Of a stretch of 64,000 nt of DNA, positions 30,070-40,809 are shown piece by piece. Numbering within the stretch: the first letter of the stretch is position 1; each line of letters opens with the position of its first letter. A model generated the notes under the pieces. The model searched no databases and was not told the origin of the DNA. It saw nothing but the letters and a program-made list of their open reading frames with translations. The position numbers and the translations under genes are program-made. The stretch is from Candidatus Latescibacterota bacterium (lineage in GTDB: Bacteria; Latescibacterota; UBA2968; GCA-2709665), in contig OZ241917.1 in assembly GCA_965203805.1 (NCBI GenBank), positions 1,248,001-1,312,000 on the forward strand, read 5' to 3'.

Positions 30070-31758
30070 ATGAAAAGGAATGCCGGAAAGCCGGCCAGCA
30101 CCCATGCCGAATGGGTCATTTCACGAATGACCATGCCCCGTGAGCTGGAAGCTTCAGCCGACGATATGCGAAAAAAGGGCCGGGGCGCGGAAGTATGGGC
30201 GATGTTCATGGCGACGATTCGTGGCGACCTGGATACGATTCAAAAGCTTGTCGAGCGCAACGCCGACCTCCTCCGCTGCGTCCACTACTACACCCAGCCC
30301 ATCAAGTTCGCGGTCCGGGAAGGTCACGCCGAGGTCGTGCGTTTCCTGCTGGATAACGACGTGAGCCCCTTCTACCGGACCCGGATCTTCCATGAATCGC
30401 TGGTCGACCTGGCGGCGGACCGGGAGCACCACGAAATCGTCAGAATCCTCGAAGAAGCCATCAGCAAAAAGAGCGGGGGCTACACCCGGGAGACGGAGCC
30501 CCTCGCGAACGAACTCATCGAATCCGTCCGTACACGGGATTACGAGAAGACGGCGCGCATTGTCCGGAGTTCGCCGGAACGCGTCAGATTGAGCAACGCG
30601 AACGGGACGACGGCGCTGCACGAGGCGGTTGAAATTGGCGACTTCCACGCAACGCGGCTGCTCCTGGACAACGGCGCAGACGTTCAGGCCCAGGCCGGCA
30701 CGGGTTTCAGCGTAGGCCGGAAGCCAATCCACATGGCGCTCTATGCAGGATGGCGGGACCGGATTCTCATACGAAAGAAGGCGGCGCTGGCGGGCTATCT
30801 GGTCGGCCGGGGCGCGGACTACAATATCCTGGTGGCGGCCGCGTTCGGCGACACCCGGCGCGTCCGGGAGTTTCTGGACGCGGATCCCTCCCTTGCCAAT
30901 TTTCGCGACACGTGCGACAGGCCGCCCATATCCGTCGCGGCCGGCCGGGGCCATCACGACATCGTGGACCTTCTGCTTGAACGAGGCGCCGATCCGAACG
31001 CGCCGGAACCGGACGCGCCCCGCGGCAAAGCCCTGCTGGAGGCCGTATTTCACGGCCATACCGCCACCGCCGAACTGTTACTCCAATACGGCGCCGATCC
31101 CAACGGCAACGTGGACTCGACGGGTACGGCATTCGTTCATGCCAGAAAGCACCCGGAACTCTATGAATTGATGAAATCACACGGCGGGAGGGAGGATATC
31201 ATCCCGCCCATCCGCGGGGCGGTAAACGCCAACGACCTGGCAGTGGTGGACGAAATCCTCAAACGGAATCCTGAAGAGATTGTGAATGCGCCGCTGGGAA
31301 ATCCCGCTCGGCGCGGCAGGCTGGCAATGGTGGAGCTTCTGCTGAAACACGGCGCCGCGATTACCGACGAGAATCACGGCGGCTTCTTCCGTGTCTACGA
31401 AACCGCGAAATACTTCCTCGATAAAGGGGCAAATCCCAACTACCGGAACTGGCAGGGGATCTCGTCTCTCCACATGATCGCGCACGAGGGCGACGTTCAA
31501 AGAGCCGGCCTTCTGCTCGACTATGGCGCGGAGATCGACGAATTGGAACCGGAATACTGCGCGACGCCCCTCGGCCTGGCGTGCCGGGCGGGGCATGCGC
31601 CAATGGTCGAATTCCTCCTCGCGCGCGGCGCGGACGCCGGCCTTCCGCGCGAGCATCCCTGGGCGCGGCCCCTGGCGTGGGCGGAGAAAAGGGGACACAC
31701 GTCGATTGCAGGGACGCTGCGGCACACGGCGCCGGACAACGGGATATCTGCATCTTGA
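30070..31758 (+). CDS. Ankyrin repeat protein
   Basis: GTTALHEA, GADPN, ATPLGLAC and many other ankyrin repeats; paralogous to 39100-40761. Confidence 0.88.
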   Translation: MKRNAGKPASTHAEWVISRMTMPRELEASADDMRKKGRGAEVWAMFMATIRGDLDTIQKLVERNADLLRCVHYYTQPIKFAVREGHAEVVRFLLDNDVSPFYRTRIFHESLVDLAADREHHEIVRILEEAISKKSGGYTRETEPLANELIESVRTRDYEKTARIVRSSPERVRLSNANGTTALHEAVEIGDFHATRLLLDNGADVQAQAGTGFSVGRKPIHMALYAGWRDRILIRKKAALAGYLVGRGADYNILVAAAFGDTRRVREFLDADPSLANFRDTCDRPPISVAAGRGHHDIVDLLLERGADPNAPEPDAPRGKALLEAVFHGHTATAELLLQYGADPNGNVDSTGTAFVHARKHPELYELMKSHGGREDIIPPIRGAVNANDLAVVDEILKRNPEEIVNAPLGNPARRGRLAMVELLLKHGAAITDENHGGFFRVYETAKYFLDKGANPNYRNWQGISSLHMIAHEGDVQRAGLLLDYGAEIDELEPEYCATPLGLACRAGHAPMVEFLLARGADAGLPREHPWARPLAWAEKRGHTSIAGTLRHTAPDNGISAS

Positions 31759-31810
31759 TCCTGCAAAGAGGAACTGGGGTACGCGCCCGCCGCCGGATCG
31801 ACTTCCCCCG

Positions 31811-32521
31811 TCAACGTCGTCTACGGGAATCCCACCACCTGGCGATAGGATATGGAGCATAGACAAGGGAAAACATGGCAAGGCCGACGAGGTCGAGAAC
31901 AGCGAGGTACCACGGCCACGGGAGGAAGAAGAAGGGAGATACGGTGCCCCAGGGGGGCTCGGAGAGATACATGTAGTTCGAATCGCAGAGGTAATTGACA
32001 ACCGCGACAACCGCCGCGAGTACGTGGAGCCCGACGAACGCTCTGAAGAGCCCGTTCAGCGTCGGCCGCAGGTTCAGGCCCCACGTGGCGTACAGGACTC
32101 CCGCGACAATGCCGGAATGCGAGATGAAATACTGGAAGAACCGGTACTGCGGAAAGTCAACCGACAGGTTACCCGGCGTGACAACCGCGTTCGCCGACCC
32201 GACGAGGCCCCAGAAGTAGGCGATCTCGTACACTTTCTGATTGCGAAACAGCAGGGTGATCGACGTCAGAAAGATCGCGATTCCGCACAGATGGAGAGGC
32301 AGGAAATATCGAAGGAATATATCGAGGCCATAGCCGGTGATCCGGAAGCCCCAGTGGATCAGTTCGTTGCCGAGGATGAGGACCGCCAGCACAAAGCCTA
32401 CGGCGGAGGCCGTTCGTGGGCCGGCCCGTTTCGCGATCAGCGACAGCAGCACCGGCAGGGCCACCGTTAGCGCCATCGCGACCAGATGCGGCGGCCCGAA
32501 CGTCTGAAATCCGCCGGTCAA
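31811..32521 (-). CDS. YwaF/TIGR02206-like integral membrane protein
   Basis: FGPPH, LPLHLC, FFQYFISH, SNYMYL, PWPWY; TTG start overlaps the upstream stop. Confidence 0.82.
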   Translation of the reverse strand: MTGGFQTFGPPHLVAMALTVALPVLLSLIAKRAGPRTASAVGFVLAVLILGNELIHWGFRITGYGLDIFLRYFLPLHLCGIAIFLTSITLLFRNQKVYEIAYFWGLVGSANAVVTPGNLSVDFPQYRFFQYFISHSGIVAGVLYATWGLNLRPTLNGLFRAFVGLHVLAAVVAVVNYLCDSNYMYLSEPPWGTVSPFFFLPWPWYLAVLDLVGLAMFSLVYAPYPIARWWDSRRRR

Positions 32522-34479
32522 CGCGCCCACCCCACGCCGGAAGCCAGGTCTCGTCCCACCCGCCATGTCTTTCCCGACACGTTGACAGTCATCTCCACGC
32601 GATCGTTCCCGGCACCGGCCCCTGCGGGCAATTCGGCTGAAACGGCGGGCGGCTCCGTGCCGCGGTAGGGTACGATCACCGTGGCGAAAACCGCGGGCGC
32701 CTGGTTGTCCAGCGCGAACCGGAACGCCTGCCGCGGCTTGCGGTAACCGTACTCCCACGCGAACCAGCCGGTCTCTTCGACGATTGACGCGGCGCACCCC
32801 TCCGCCGCCTGCACCAGAACGTTGGCATCGTCAAATCCCGTGAACGCCCGGTTTCCCCCACCGTTGAACGTGACGTCTCCCGGCGCGAACTGGAAGTGAA
32901 GGTCCAGCTGACCGGGCGCGTTGCCGATCGCCTCGTCGAGCAACACGAAGAAACGCCTGCTCACGAACCAGACCGTACGCCGGTGGATCAGGTTGGGATA
33001 CGATCCGTTCTCCACCGCCAGGACGTCTGAGTCGGACCCTTCGGAGACCCACATCAGGTGGCGCGCGTCGTCGGCGATATCCCCGCCGTCCAGAGTCAGG
33101 GTCTGATGCACCGAGGTCTGCCGGTGCCAGGCGCGCGCCTCCCCGTCACGTCCATAGGTATAGAAACCCGTGTCGGGCATCAACCAGCGGCCGTACGCGT
33201 ACAATTCGAACGTTCCGTTATCGGGCTGGTCGTGGCTCGAAATCGCGGGCGGAGAACAGTGCAGGGCCGCGTAGATCTGGTCGGGTCCCCAGGCGTTGCG
33301 CATCACGTAGAAGCCGGCCTCTTTGAACGCGTGGCTCTTCCGGTCCGGAAGGGCTTCGCGGTGCAGGTTCGCACGGGCCGCGTACTTGGGATCGTCCAGC
33401 AATTCGGTCGCGTTCACCAATTCGTCGTAGAGCGGCCACTCCGTCCGGACGTCCGTGGTTTTCAACGGACGCGAGCCATCCCCGAACATGGGCGGACCCA
33501 GGTCCGGCGTTGCGATCCAGAAGATGTAGTCGTACATCTTTCGGACACGCTCCAGGAACGCCTCCGGTATCTCGATGTCGAACGCGTCCAGGCGTCCGAA
33601 GATCTCCACGGCGTCCCTCAAAACGCCCTGGTGATAGCCGAAGGACCACTCTCTCTGCACCCCGTCCCCCGTTGTCTGCCCCAGGATGTTTTCTTCGACG
33701 CGCGCCAGCCCCAATTCCATCCACTCGCGAGACTCCCGGAACTCGTTGAACGTGTACGCGACATTGATGAATCCACGCTGTTCGAACACGGCCTTGTTGT
33801 GGATGAGGCCCATCGGAATCAGCTTTGTCTTCGTCTGATGGTCGTACAGGCTCGCGAGCAGCACGCCCAGAAACTCCGGCGTGAACGCCTCGGCCTGAAC
33901 CAGGCCGCGAAACGCCGCGCAGATATTCGTGGCCCGGATGCCCGTCTGCAGATCCAGCCACGCGAATCCTTTCCAGAATTTGTAGACGGGATGGGTTCTG
34001 GTGTGTTTTTCGAGCGGATGCTTCGATATCCAGTCGGTCGCCAGATCGACGAATGCCCGCCCGTACTTTTCGTCCCGCGTCGCCGCATAGGCGTTGGCAA
34101 GCGGGGCGGCCCAATAGAAACGATAGAGTACGCATACCCATTCGATATCCCCTGGCGGGTCCCACTCCCAGTCCATATCCTCGCCGTACTGCGCCTCTTC
34201 GTACGGCCCCCATTGGAAGATGCGGCGGCAGATCTTGTCAGCCGCTGTATGATCGCCTCCTCCGCGGGGTTCTTCCAGCGGGTATTTCCCCCGGTAATAG
34301 TCCAGCAGCGCGGTGAGTGCGCCCAACCGGTCGCCGGCATCGGCCGCGTGTTTCACCGCCTCCAGCCCCGCCCCTGTCAGGTCCAGTTTCTCAAGAATGT
34401 CTTGCGGGTCGAACGACGAAAGCGGCATCTCATGATCGATCTGATCCGCGCCCGCGGGGCGCTCCACAACGTAAGTCAT
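32518..34479 (-). CDS. Heparinase II/III-like polysaccharide lyase
   Basis: DGVQREWSFGYH, GFYVMR, HDQPDNGTFEL, DTGFYTY, HQTLTLDG, HRRTV. Confidence 0.85.
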   Translation of the reverse strand: MTYVVERPAGADQIDHEMPLSSFDPQDILEKLDLTGAGLEAVKHAADAGDRLGALTALLDYYRGKYPLEEPRGGGDHTAADKICRRIFQWGPYEEAQYGEDMDWEWDPPGDIEWVCVLYRFYWAAPLANAYAATRDEKYGRAFVDLATDWISKHPLEKHTRTHPVYKFWKGFAWLDLQTGIRATNICAAFRGLVQAEAFTPEFLGVLLASLYDHQTKTKLIPMGLIHNKAVFEQRGFINVAYTFNEFRESREWMELGLARVEENILGQTTGDGVQREWSFGYHQGVLRDAVEIFGRLDAFDIEIPEAFLERVRKMYDYIFWIATPDLGPPMFGDGSRPLKTTDVRTEWPLYDELVNATELLDDPKYAARANLHREALPDRKSHAFKEAGFYVMRNAWGPDQIYAALHCSPPAISSHDQPDNGTFELYAYGRWLMPDTGFYTYGRDGEARAWHRQTSVHQTLTLDGGDIADDARHLMWVSEGSDSDVLAVENGSYPNLIHRRTVWFVSRRFFVLLDEAIGNAPGQLDLHFQFAPGDVTFNGGGNRAFTGFDDANVLVQAAEGCAASIVEETGWFAWEYGYRKPRQAFRFALDNQAPAVFATVIVPYRGTEPPAVSAELPAGAGAGNDRVEMTVNVSGKTWRVGRDLASGVGWAR

Positions 34480-34776
34480 CCGGCTTCCCTCTTTGACGGT
34501 TAACGAGCAATCGCTCTCGGTGTACGCACTCGACTGCGGCCTGCACTACCCACGTAACTTACGCTCCGGCCGTCGCATTTGCAATACAATTGTCGGGCAT
34601 TTGGGGGGAAGGGAAGACAATGGACAAACAGATTCGACAGGACGACAAACGAGAGGCCGGATCTGCCGGTTGGAGATGTTGACGGGAAACTGTTCGCCAG
34701 ATGCTGGAACGTCGAAAGGTAAATTTGAAAGTATCACTTGCAACTTTTACATCTTCGCAGTACATTCGCTGATGCT

Positions 34777-35958
34777 ATGGTTACTCGAGAGATTGCAGAC
34801 AGGCTGGTGGCATTATTCAAACAATACCCCTTTGTCACCGTGACCGGCCCGCGGCAGTCGGGCAAGACTACGCTCTGCCGCGCTGCGTTTCCCCATCTCG
34901 AATACGTCAACCTGGAAGCGCCGGATCAACGTCTCTTCGCCGAGTCGGATCCACGGGGTTTTCTTTCCCACGTCGGCGATGGGGTTATTCTGGATGAGAT
35001 CCAGCGCGTTCCGCAACTCCTTTCCTACCTCCAGGTCCTGGCAGACGAAACAGGCCGTAACAGTCTGTTCGTTTTGACCGGCAGCGAGCAGTTCAGGATA
35101 TCCGATACGATCAGTCAATCCCTGGCGGGTCGTACGGCGCTGCTTTGCCTCCTGCCATTCTCGCTGGACGAACGGAGACGCGCGGGCGCCAGCGGCGAGG
35201 TCGACGACATCCTGTTCTCCGGATGTTACCCCCGGATTCACGATCAAAAACTCGAACCCAGACAGGCGCTCGGCGACTATTTCGAAACCTATGTCGAGCG
35301 AGACGTGCGCCGCATGGGAGAGGTCCGCAATCTCTCCGGCTTTCGTCGATTCGCGCGGCTGTGCGCCGGGCGTGTGGGCCAGCTTCTCAATTTCTCGTCA
35401 CTTGGCGCCGACGCGGGCGTTTCGCATACTACGGCGCGCGAGTGGCTTTCGATTCTGGAAGCCAGCTACGTTGTCTTTCAGCTCCCGCCATTCTACGCCA
35501 ACATACGCAAACGCCTGACGAAGTCACCCAAGCTCTATTTCTACGACGTCGGTCTGGCGAGCTATCTGATCGGTATCGAACATGCGGATCAGATTGCAAC
35601 CCACCCTCTGCGCGGCGCGCTGTTCGAAAACGCCGTCGTCTCAGAGGCAATAAAGTATCTGTTCAACCGGGGCCGCCGTTCCAATCTCTCATTTTTCCGC
35701 GATACCCGGGGTCTGGAGTGCGACCTTCTCTACGAGCGGGGCAGTCGAATCGGCGCAATTGAGATCAAATCCGGCGCGACCGTGGCATCCGATTACTTCG
35801 ACGCGCTGAATCGGGTCGCAAGACTCCTGCCGCAGGTCTCCGACAGAGGATTGGTCTACGGAGGCGCGATGCGGCAGTCCCGTAGCGACGTTGAAGTGGT
35901 GACGCTCGCCGACGTCGGCGACCTGCTCGAGCGGTTTGACAATCGAAACGAGGGATGA
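34777..35958 (+). CDS. AAA_14 ATPase with DUF4143
   Basis: GPRQSGKTT, ILDEIQ, LTGS, KSPKLYFYDVG, GALFEN, ECDL...IEIK. Confidence 0.9.
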   Translation: MVTREIADRLVALFKQYPFVTVTGPRQSGKTTLCRAAFPHLEYVNLEAPDQRLFAESDPRGFLSHVGDGVILDEIQRVPQLLSYLQVLADETGRNSLFVLTGSEQFRISDTISQSLAGRTALLCLLPFSLDERRRAGASGEVDDILFSGCYPRIHDQKLEPRQALGDYFETYVERDVRRMGEVRNLSGFRRFARLCAGRVGQLLNFSSLGADAGVSHTTAREWLSILEASYVVFQLPPFYANIRKRLTKSPKLYFYDVGLASYLIGIEHADQIATHPLRGALFENAVVSEAIKYLFNRGRRSNLSFFRDTRGLECDLLYERGSRIGAIEIKSGATVASDYFDALNRVARLLPQVSDRGLVYGGAMRQSRSDVEVVTLADVGDLLERFDNRNEG

Positions 35959-36059
35959 ACGATCCCGTCTCGATCCGAGCGGGATCAGCAATCCCGGGAC
36001 TGTGGTGCGAAGGCGATGTCATACCCTTCTAAATGACTGGAAAACAGGGATATATACTT

Positions 36060-37049
36060 ATGGATATAATTCGTCTCGGTCTCGTCGGTTCGGGCGGCAT
36101 GGCGCACAGCCGGGCGCGGACTTTCACGGAAATGCAGGGATGCCGGTTGACGGTCCTGGCCGCCCGGAACCCGCAAACCGGCGCGGAACTGGCCGACCGG
36201 CATTCATTGCCGCACCTGGGAAACTGGGAGGACCTGATCGGCCGATCCGACGTGGACGCCGTGGTGGTCTGTACCAATAACGACAGCCACGGTCCCATCG
36301 CAAGGGCCGCCCTGGAGGCTGGCAAACCCGTCTTTCTGGAATATCCCGTTGCGCGCCGCGTCGACGAGGGAGAAGCCCTGGTCGCACTCGCCCGTGAGAC
36401 GGGCACGGTCCTTCGCGTGGCCCATCCGGAGGCCGTATCCGGCGCTCACCGGCAACTCAAAGAGACCGTCGGTTCGCTGGGCGGTCTGCTGGCGGCGGTA
36501 TTCACGCGCCTGACCCCGGGGAGAGGGGCGCGGCCGGAGGTGCTGTTCAATCTGACCGCGTCGGGACCGCCGAGTCTCTTCTTCGTCTATCAGGTCTACC
36601 CGCTCGTCGACATGTTCGGCCCCGCGTCGTGGGTGGAAGGGTACGCCCATTACGAGGGAATGGACGACACCGGAACGTACAGACGCTTCGTCAACCGGGT
36701 CGTCGCGGGGTTTGCCGGCGGCGGCACAGCCGAATGGACGTGGGCCGGCGGGATCTCAATCGGGAAGGCCGAACAGTACCAACGGATCGTGCTGGAGAAC
36801 GGGACGCTGCGCCATGAGGGCGGGGGCTGGCGGCTTTCCACCGCTGACGGCAAAGAGGAACAACTGTCGTCGCCAGGACGGGAGACGTCGCTGGAGAGCC
36901 TGTTTCTGGAAGAAGCGCGCGGCAGTCGGAATGGATGGCGAGCAGACCTGGACACGGCCCTCGGCGCCATTCGCATCGGGCTGGGCGCGGAGGAGGCCGC
37001 GAACCGGGGCGGACGCGTGCATCTCGGGGATGGCGGAACCGGCGGGTGA
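36060..37049 (+). CDS. Gfo/Idh/MocA oxidoreductase
   Basis: GLVGSGGMA, DVDAVVVCT, GKPVFLEYP. Confidence 0.85.
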   Translation: MDIIRLGLVGSGGMAHSRARTFTEMQGCRLTVLAARNPQTGAELADRHSLPHLGNWEDLIGRSDVDAVVVCTNNDSHGPIARAALEAGKPVFLEYPVARRVDEGEALVALARETGTVLRVAHPEAVSGAHRQLKETVGSLGGLLAAVFTRLTPGRGARPEVLFNLTASGPPSLFFVYQVYPLVDMFGPASWVEGYAHYEGMDDTGTYRRFVNRVVAGFAGGGTAEWTWAGGISIGKAEQYQRIVLENGTLRHEGGGWRLSTADGKEEQLSSPGRETSLESLFLEEARGSRNGWRADLDTALGAIRIGLGAEEAANRGGRVHLGDGGTGG

Positions 37050-37053
37050 AGAT

Positions 37054-37830
37054 TTACTGTCTTGTCGTACCGGTCGCCTGGTCTTCGCGCGGGCCGAAGG
37101 CAGCCATGTAGAGGCGTGTGCGCTCGTTGAGCACGCCGTAAAACGCCCGCGTTTCGGGGTCGGGATCATCCCGCCATAACGCCGCGGGAATTCCCGAATC
37201 GTTCGCCAGCGCTGGCCTGTTGCGATGGCCGTAGTAAATCTGCGCGGTCTTCTGGACGGCCTGAGTGGGGCGCGTCGTAGCCGTGTGCAGCAGGGCGACG
37301 TTGAACAGCGCGCACGTACCGGCCGGACCATGGAGGTCGTACACCCCGCCCCGTTCCAGCTGTGACGCCGGATCGACCAGGACCGCATGATCGATGGATT
37401 CGGGCGAGATAGAAAAACAGTGCGTGCCCTCGTCCACGTCCGTGAGGTAAACCATCAGCTGAATATAGTCCATGCGCAGGGGATGTTCGGGCCAGTGGGG
37501 CCTGTCGCGATGCCAGGCCTGGTGGATATCGCCCGCATACGGACCCATCCCTCGCAGACCGATCTCGCCGAAGCAGACGGGACCGCCCATCAATTCCTCG
37601 ATGACGGGCAGAATTCTCGGGTGGCGGACCAGCTCATCGAATCGAGGCGTGGTGATCAGGGCGTTGTAGTTGGCGTCCTGGTGGTACCCGTAAGGATGCC
37701 AGAAATACGGATACCGGCGGCGGTCTTCCTCGAACAGATCGTGGAAGATACGCACCTCGTCGGGATCCAGGAATACGCCGAGGTTCAGGAAGCCGTTCCG
37801 GGCGAACGAGTCGCGGTCGATCGAATTCAT
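37054..37830 (-). CDS. Phytanoyl-CoA dioxygenase (PhyH) family
   Basis: FARNGFL, WHRD, VYLTDV, AGTCALF...LLH. Confidence 0.85.
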   Translation of the reverse strand: MNSIDRDSFARNGFLNLGVFLDPDEVRIFHDLFEEDRRRYPYFWHPYGYHQDANYNALITTPRFDELVRHPRILPVIEELMGGPVCFGEIGLRGMGPYAGDIHQAWHRDRPHWPEHPLRMDYIQLMVYLTDVDEGTHCFSISPESIDHAVLVDPASQLERGGVYDLHGPAGTCALFNVALLHTATTRPTQAVQKTAQIYYGHRNRPALANDSGIPAALWRDDPDPETRAFYGVLNERTRLYMAAFGPREDQATGTTRQ

Positions 37831-38025
37831 TGGGTTTCGTCCTGGCGATGAATGACCGGCATCGAGAAAGCGGTCGGTTGCGTACGGAGTGACGAGCGAC
37901 GCAAAGTGCGAAGAGATTGCCCGATGGGAATATATCCGGCCGGCGTCCCGAAGCCAAGCACCTTCAATGGCTGCCCGAAACCGGACCGGACACGGGATGA
38001 GACGTACTTACACCACGGAGGCCTG

Positions 38026-40761
38026 ATGAAATCGGACGGATACGCAAGCCGCATTGCGCGGTGGATTGTTGCGGCGGCAGGGGTCTTGGCCGTGTTCCTC
38101 GCGGTCACCCCGGCTTCTTCGCAAAGCGCGGCCGGCGACACCTTTTCCTTCGCCCTGATCGGAGACGTGCCCTACGCCGACGCCGACAGTATCCGGTTCG
38201 CAAGGGTGATCGACGAGATCAACGCGGATGAAGACATTCAATGGGTCATCCACGCCGGCGACATCAAAAGCGGCGGGCAACCCTGTACGGACGCGTATCT
38301 TGAAGAACGCCTCAAAAGATTCAGCCGCTTCGAGGACCCGTTCATCCTCACGCCCGGTGATAACGAATGGACGGACTGCCATAAGAAGAATGCCGGCCGC
38401 TTCGACCCGCTGGAACGCCTCCGGAAACTGCGGTCGCTGTTCTATCCCCGGGCCGGGATGACGCTCGGGAAGCGTCCGATGCGAGTTGACTCACAGGCGT
38501 CGTTTACGGAATACAGCGAGTTCATCGAGAACGTCCGCTGGGAACGGGCCGGGGTTCACTTCGCGACCGTTCACATCGTGGGGAGCAGGAACGGGCTGGC
38601 TGCGTTTCAGCGCCGGGACTCGACCGAGGTCGGATCGATCCCGATGAGGACGGAACGGCACGACACGGCGGTCGAGCGGCGCACCCGGGCAGGGATCGTA
38701 TGGCTTCGCAAAGCCTTCGCCGCGGCAGGTGAATCGGGCAAGGGTCTTTTTCTAACCCTTCATGCCACGATGGGACTGGAGCAGAAGCCGACGCCGGACC
38801 CGCCTCACTTTCAGGCGGTCCTCGACGTGTTGCGCGAGGAAACGGAGCGATTCGGCCGTCCCGTGGTGCTGGCGCACGGCGACTCGCACTATTTCCGGAT
38901 CGACAAACCGCTGAGACGCAAAGGAGGCGGCAGACGCCTTGCGAATTTCACGCGCGTGGAGACGTTCGGCGCCTCCGACGTACACTGGATCGAGGTGACA
39001 GTGGACCCCGCCAGCGAGAACGTGTTCCGATTCGAGCAGAGAATCGTGAACGAGGAACGGACGAACGGAGAACGGCATGACACGACGGAAAGGAGCGGGA
39101 TGAACATCGAAAAACGCGGCGACTCGAAACGTACGTCGCAGGAGATCATCGACGCCATGCACCGCCCCGCCTGGTGCGTAGAAACGGAGGCGGGGCGTCT
39201 GTATTGGGAACTCATCGGCGCCGCGATCCGGGACGACGCCGGCGCCCTGCGCAAACACTTGCGCGACGATCCGAACTGCGCCAGACTGCAGTTCTGGTAT
39301 ACCCCCCCAATCCACTTCGCGGTGCGGGAGGGCAATCTCGACGCCACGAGAGTGTTGTGGGAAGCCTATGCGCACGACGAGGTGTCCGATCTTATTGTCA
39401 TGGCCGACGACCGCGGCCACACGGCAGTGGCCGATTATCTCCGCAAGGCTGTCGGCGCCAGCGTGGCGTCGGATCTTCCGCTGCACGAGGCCGTGAAAGC
39501 CCGAGACCACGAGAAGATCCAACGCCTTCTCGAAGATTCGGACGGGATCGCATCACAACGGGACGCGGAAGGCAGGACCGCGCTACACGTTGCGGTCGCT
39601 GAGGGAGACGAGAAAGCGGTTCAGGTTCTTCTCGAGAGCAACATCGAGGTGGACGCGACCGACCATGCGGGTTTTCGCGCCGTCCACTATGCCCGTTGGC
39701 GCGACCTGATGTGGCACCGGTCAAGGGTGAACCCGGAACTGGCTGAACTGCTTCGAAAGGCAGGCTCTCGCGACACCCCCACGCTGGCTGCCGCGCGGGG
39801 CGACCTGGATGCCGTTCGCGCGTTCGTCGCGGCTGATCCCGCGGCCGTGAACGACGGCGACGGATTTCAGAAGCGCCCGCTCTCGGCCGCCGTGGAGCAC
39901 GGTCATCGCGAAATCGTCCGATTTCTGCTGGACAACGGCGCGGACCCCATCCTGCGTGAGGGTCGCATGTGTCCCTACGGGTCGTCCCTGATGACCGCCA
40001 CCGTGGAAGACGACCTGGAAGTCGCAACGTGGCTGCTGGAGGCGGGGGCCGATCCGAACGGACACGTCAACTCCTCGGGTTCCCCCGCGATCCGCGCTCG
40101 TACCGACGCCATGCGGGGTCTCCTGTACGGCTACGGAGGGCGCGCTTCCGGGGCGTGGGGGTACGTGCAGCGCGGTGACTTCGAAACCGTGGCGGCAATT
40201 CTGCGCTATACCGACGATCCGTTTTCCAATGAGGAGAGCGAGTATCTGACCACGCCCTACACCGCCGTCGTCAGCGGCTGCGGGCGCAAGGAGGACCGGG
40301 GAGAATCCACGGACGCCCACGAGGCGATGTTCAACATGTTTCTTCAGCGCAATCATCCGATGCCCCGTGTGCTCACGGCCTGCAAGACCTATCTCTACCA
40401 CGTGCCCCGCATGACGCGCAGGCTCCTCGAACACGGCCTGGACCCGGACCTGCCCGACTGGCAGCGGCGCACCCCGCTCCACGACCTCTGCCGGGGCAAC
40501 CGGGCCGTGGCCGACGCCGGGGCGATGGTGCGCATGTTCCTTGAGTACGGCGCGGACATCAACGCGATCGACGAGCATGACCGGTCCACCCCGCTGGGGA
40601 TCGCCGCCCGCGAGGGAAACACGGAGCTGGTTGGGCTGCTGCTGGACAGCGGCGCGGACCCCAACGCGGCGGGCGCCGAATGGGCAGCGCCCATGGCCTG
40701 GGCGGAACGCCGAGGTCACGAGACGATCGTGAAGATGCTCATGGACGGCGGTGCGCGGTAG
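38026..40761 (+). CDS. Secreted metallophosphoesterase fused in frame to an ankyrin repeat protein
   Basis: Signal peptide; GDVPY, HAGDIK, PGDNEW, HGDSH; ankyrin repeats after about 39100; internal AGGAG plus ATG at 39100. Confidence 0.75.
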   Translation: MKSDGYASRIARWIVAAAGVLAVFLAVTPASSQSAAGDTFSFALIGDVPYADADSIRFARVIDEINADEDIQWVIHAGDIKSGGQPCTDAYLEERLKRFSRFEDPFILTPGDNEWTDCHKKNAGRFDPLERLRKLRSLFYPRAGMTLGKRPMRVDSQASFTEYSEFIENVRWERAGVHFATVHIVGSRNGLAAFQRRDSTEVGSIPMRTERHDTAVERRTRAGIVWLRKAFAAAGESGKGLFLTLHATMGLEQKPTPDPPHFQAVLDVLREETERFGRPVVLAHGDSHYFRIDKPLRRKGGGRRLANFTRVETFGASDVHWIEVTVDPASENVFRFEQRIVNEERTNGERHDTTERSGMNIEKRGDSKRTSQEIIDAMHRPAWCVETEAGRLYWELIGAAIRDDAGALRKHLRDDPNCARLQFWYTPPIHFAVREGNLDATRVLWEAYAHDEVSDLIVMADDRGHTAVADYLRKAVGASVASDLPLHEAVKARDHEKIQRLLEDSDGIASQRDAEGRTALHVAVAEGDEKAVQVLLESNIEVDATDHAGFRAVHYARWRDLMWHRSRVNPELAELLRKAGSRDTPTLAAARGDLDAVRAFVAADPAAVNDGDGFQKRPLSAAVEHGHREIVRFLLDNGADPILREGRMCPYGSSLMTATVEDDLEVATWLLEAGADPNGHVNSSGSPAIRARTDAMRGLLYGYGGRASGAWGYVQRGDFETVAAILRYTDDPFSNEESEYLTTPYTAVVSGCGRKEDRGESTDAHEAMFNMFLQRNHPMPRVLTACKTYLYHVPRMTRRLLEHGLDPDLPDWQRRTPLHDLCRGNRAVADAGAMVRMFLEYGADINAIDEHDRSTPLGIAAREGNTELVGLLLDSGADPNAAGAEWAAPMAWAERRGHETIVKMLMDGGAR

Positions 40762-40809
40762 GCGGGCCGGAGTCAAACCGATCAACCGAAAACGGAGACG
40801 CGGTTGCAC

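Noticed and set aside
33058-34503. 481-aa ORF opposite the lyase, and 42429-43616 and 46979-47983 likewise
   Set aside because: Antisense shadows of well-supported genes.
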